DNA of 64,000 nucleotides from Selaginella moellendorffii (Eukaryota; Plantae; Lycopodiophyta): NCBI RefSeq assembly GCF_000143415.4, contig NW_003314277.1, positions 1,625,185 to 1,689,184 of the forward strand, read 5' to 3'. Shown piece by piece: positions 63,601 to 64,000 of this stretch (position 1 is its first letter; each line of letters starts with the position of its first letter). The notes under the pieces were generated by a model. It saw only the letters and a program-made list of their open reading frames with translations, ran no database searches and was not told where the DNA came from. The position numbers and the translations under genes were made by a program.

Positions 63601-64000
63601 CAAATTAGCACATAAACCAGGAATATAAAGAACCTCGTGGATCTTTACGACTATTCTTTGTGGTAAAGTGAACTTGATGGTTCCAATTCCTTTCACAGCA
63701 AGCTGCTGGGCATTGCCAACGATGACATACTCCTCTGTGGCTGTAGGATCATAGGCTTCAAAGTACTTATCACTGTTGAACATATGGTCTGTAGCAGCAG
63801 AATCCAGGTAGATGCACTCTGTAGACAGTGCTGCCACTGCCATAGCTCGTGACAAGATGAAGGCGTGTACCACCTTTTTCTTTGCATTGTTCCTTACAGG
63901 CTTGAGAGATGGATTTTTCACCCAGCATTGAGCTTCGTCATGGCCTTTCTTGTTGCAATGAGAACACTTGGGCTTCTTGGATGAAGAGGCTCCTTGTTTC
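60524..64000 (-). mobile_element. Ty1/Copia retrotransposon (5' part beyond window), inserted in the Gypsy gag region
   Basis: Zn knuckle CSHCNKKGHDEAQC, protease YLDSAAT, integrase WHARLGHP/HTDVCGP/QNGVAER, RT YKARLVAKG/YVDD, RNase H. Frameshifts near 62520 and 60860 and an in-frame stop at 61869. Confidence 0.95.

Overview
Eukaryotic land-plant nuclear DNA. Tiny GT-AG introns (about 48-100 nt), very short intergenic spacers and a PLS-type PPR gene suggest a lycophyte such as Selaginella; this is inference, not verified. The window has three zones. (1) 1-16.4 kb is AT-rich, CpG-eroded transposon debris: a TRIM nested inside another TRIM, an LTR-like repeat family with 6/12-bp arrays, chromovirus Gypsy remnants and a MULE remnant. 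(2) 17.4-57.2 kb is a dense gene block: Prp43 helicase, a membrane protein, oleosin, COQ9, ETHE1, MLO, a secreted peptide precursor, SAM synthetase, degraded AAA and SAMS duplicates, plastid E2, a BCS1-like AAA ATPase, tRNA-Arg, an EDRF1-like gene, a U-box/ARM ligase, a small putative thiol hydrolase, an AT-rich lectin fusion, a remorin-like gene, PELP1, a PPR gene and a stand-alone PARP-fold protein. (3) 57.7-64 kb is a Gypsy remnant interrupted by a Copia element. The best novelty candidates are a spliced 188-aa minimal H-Y-I ADP-ribosyltransferase with a myristoylation-like N-terminus, an intact but very AT-rich secreted 'unknown domain + GNA lectin' gene, a candidate peptide-hormone precursor, and a reciprocally degraded SAMS/AAA duplication with a clean 124-bp inversion. 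All family assignments are from motif recognition by eye; no searches were run.
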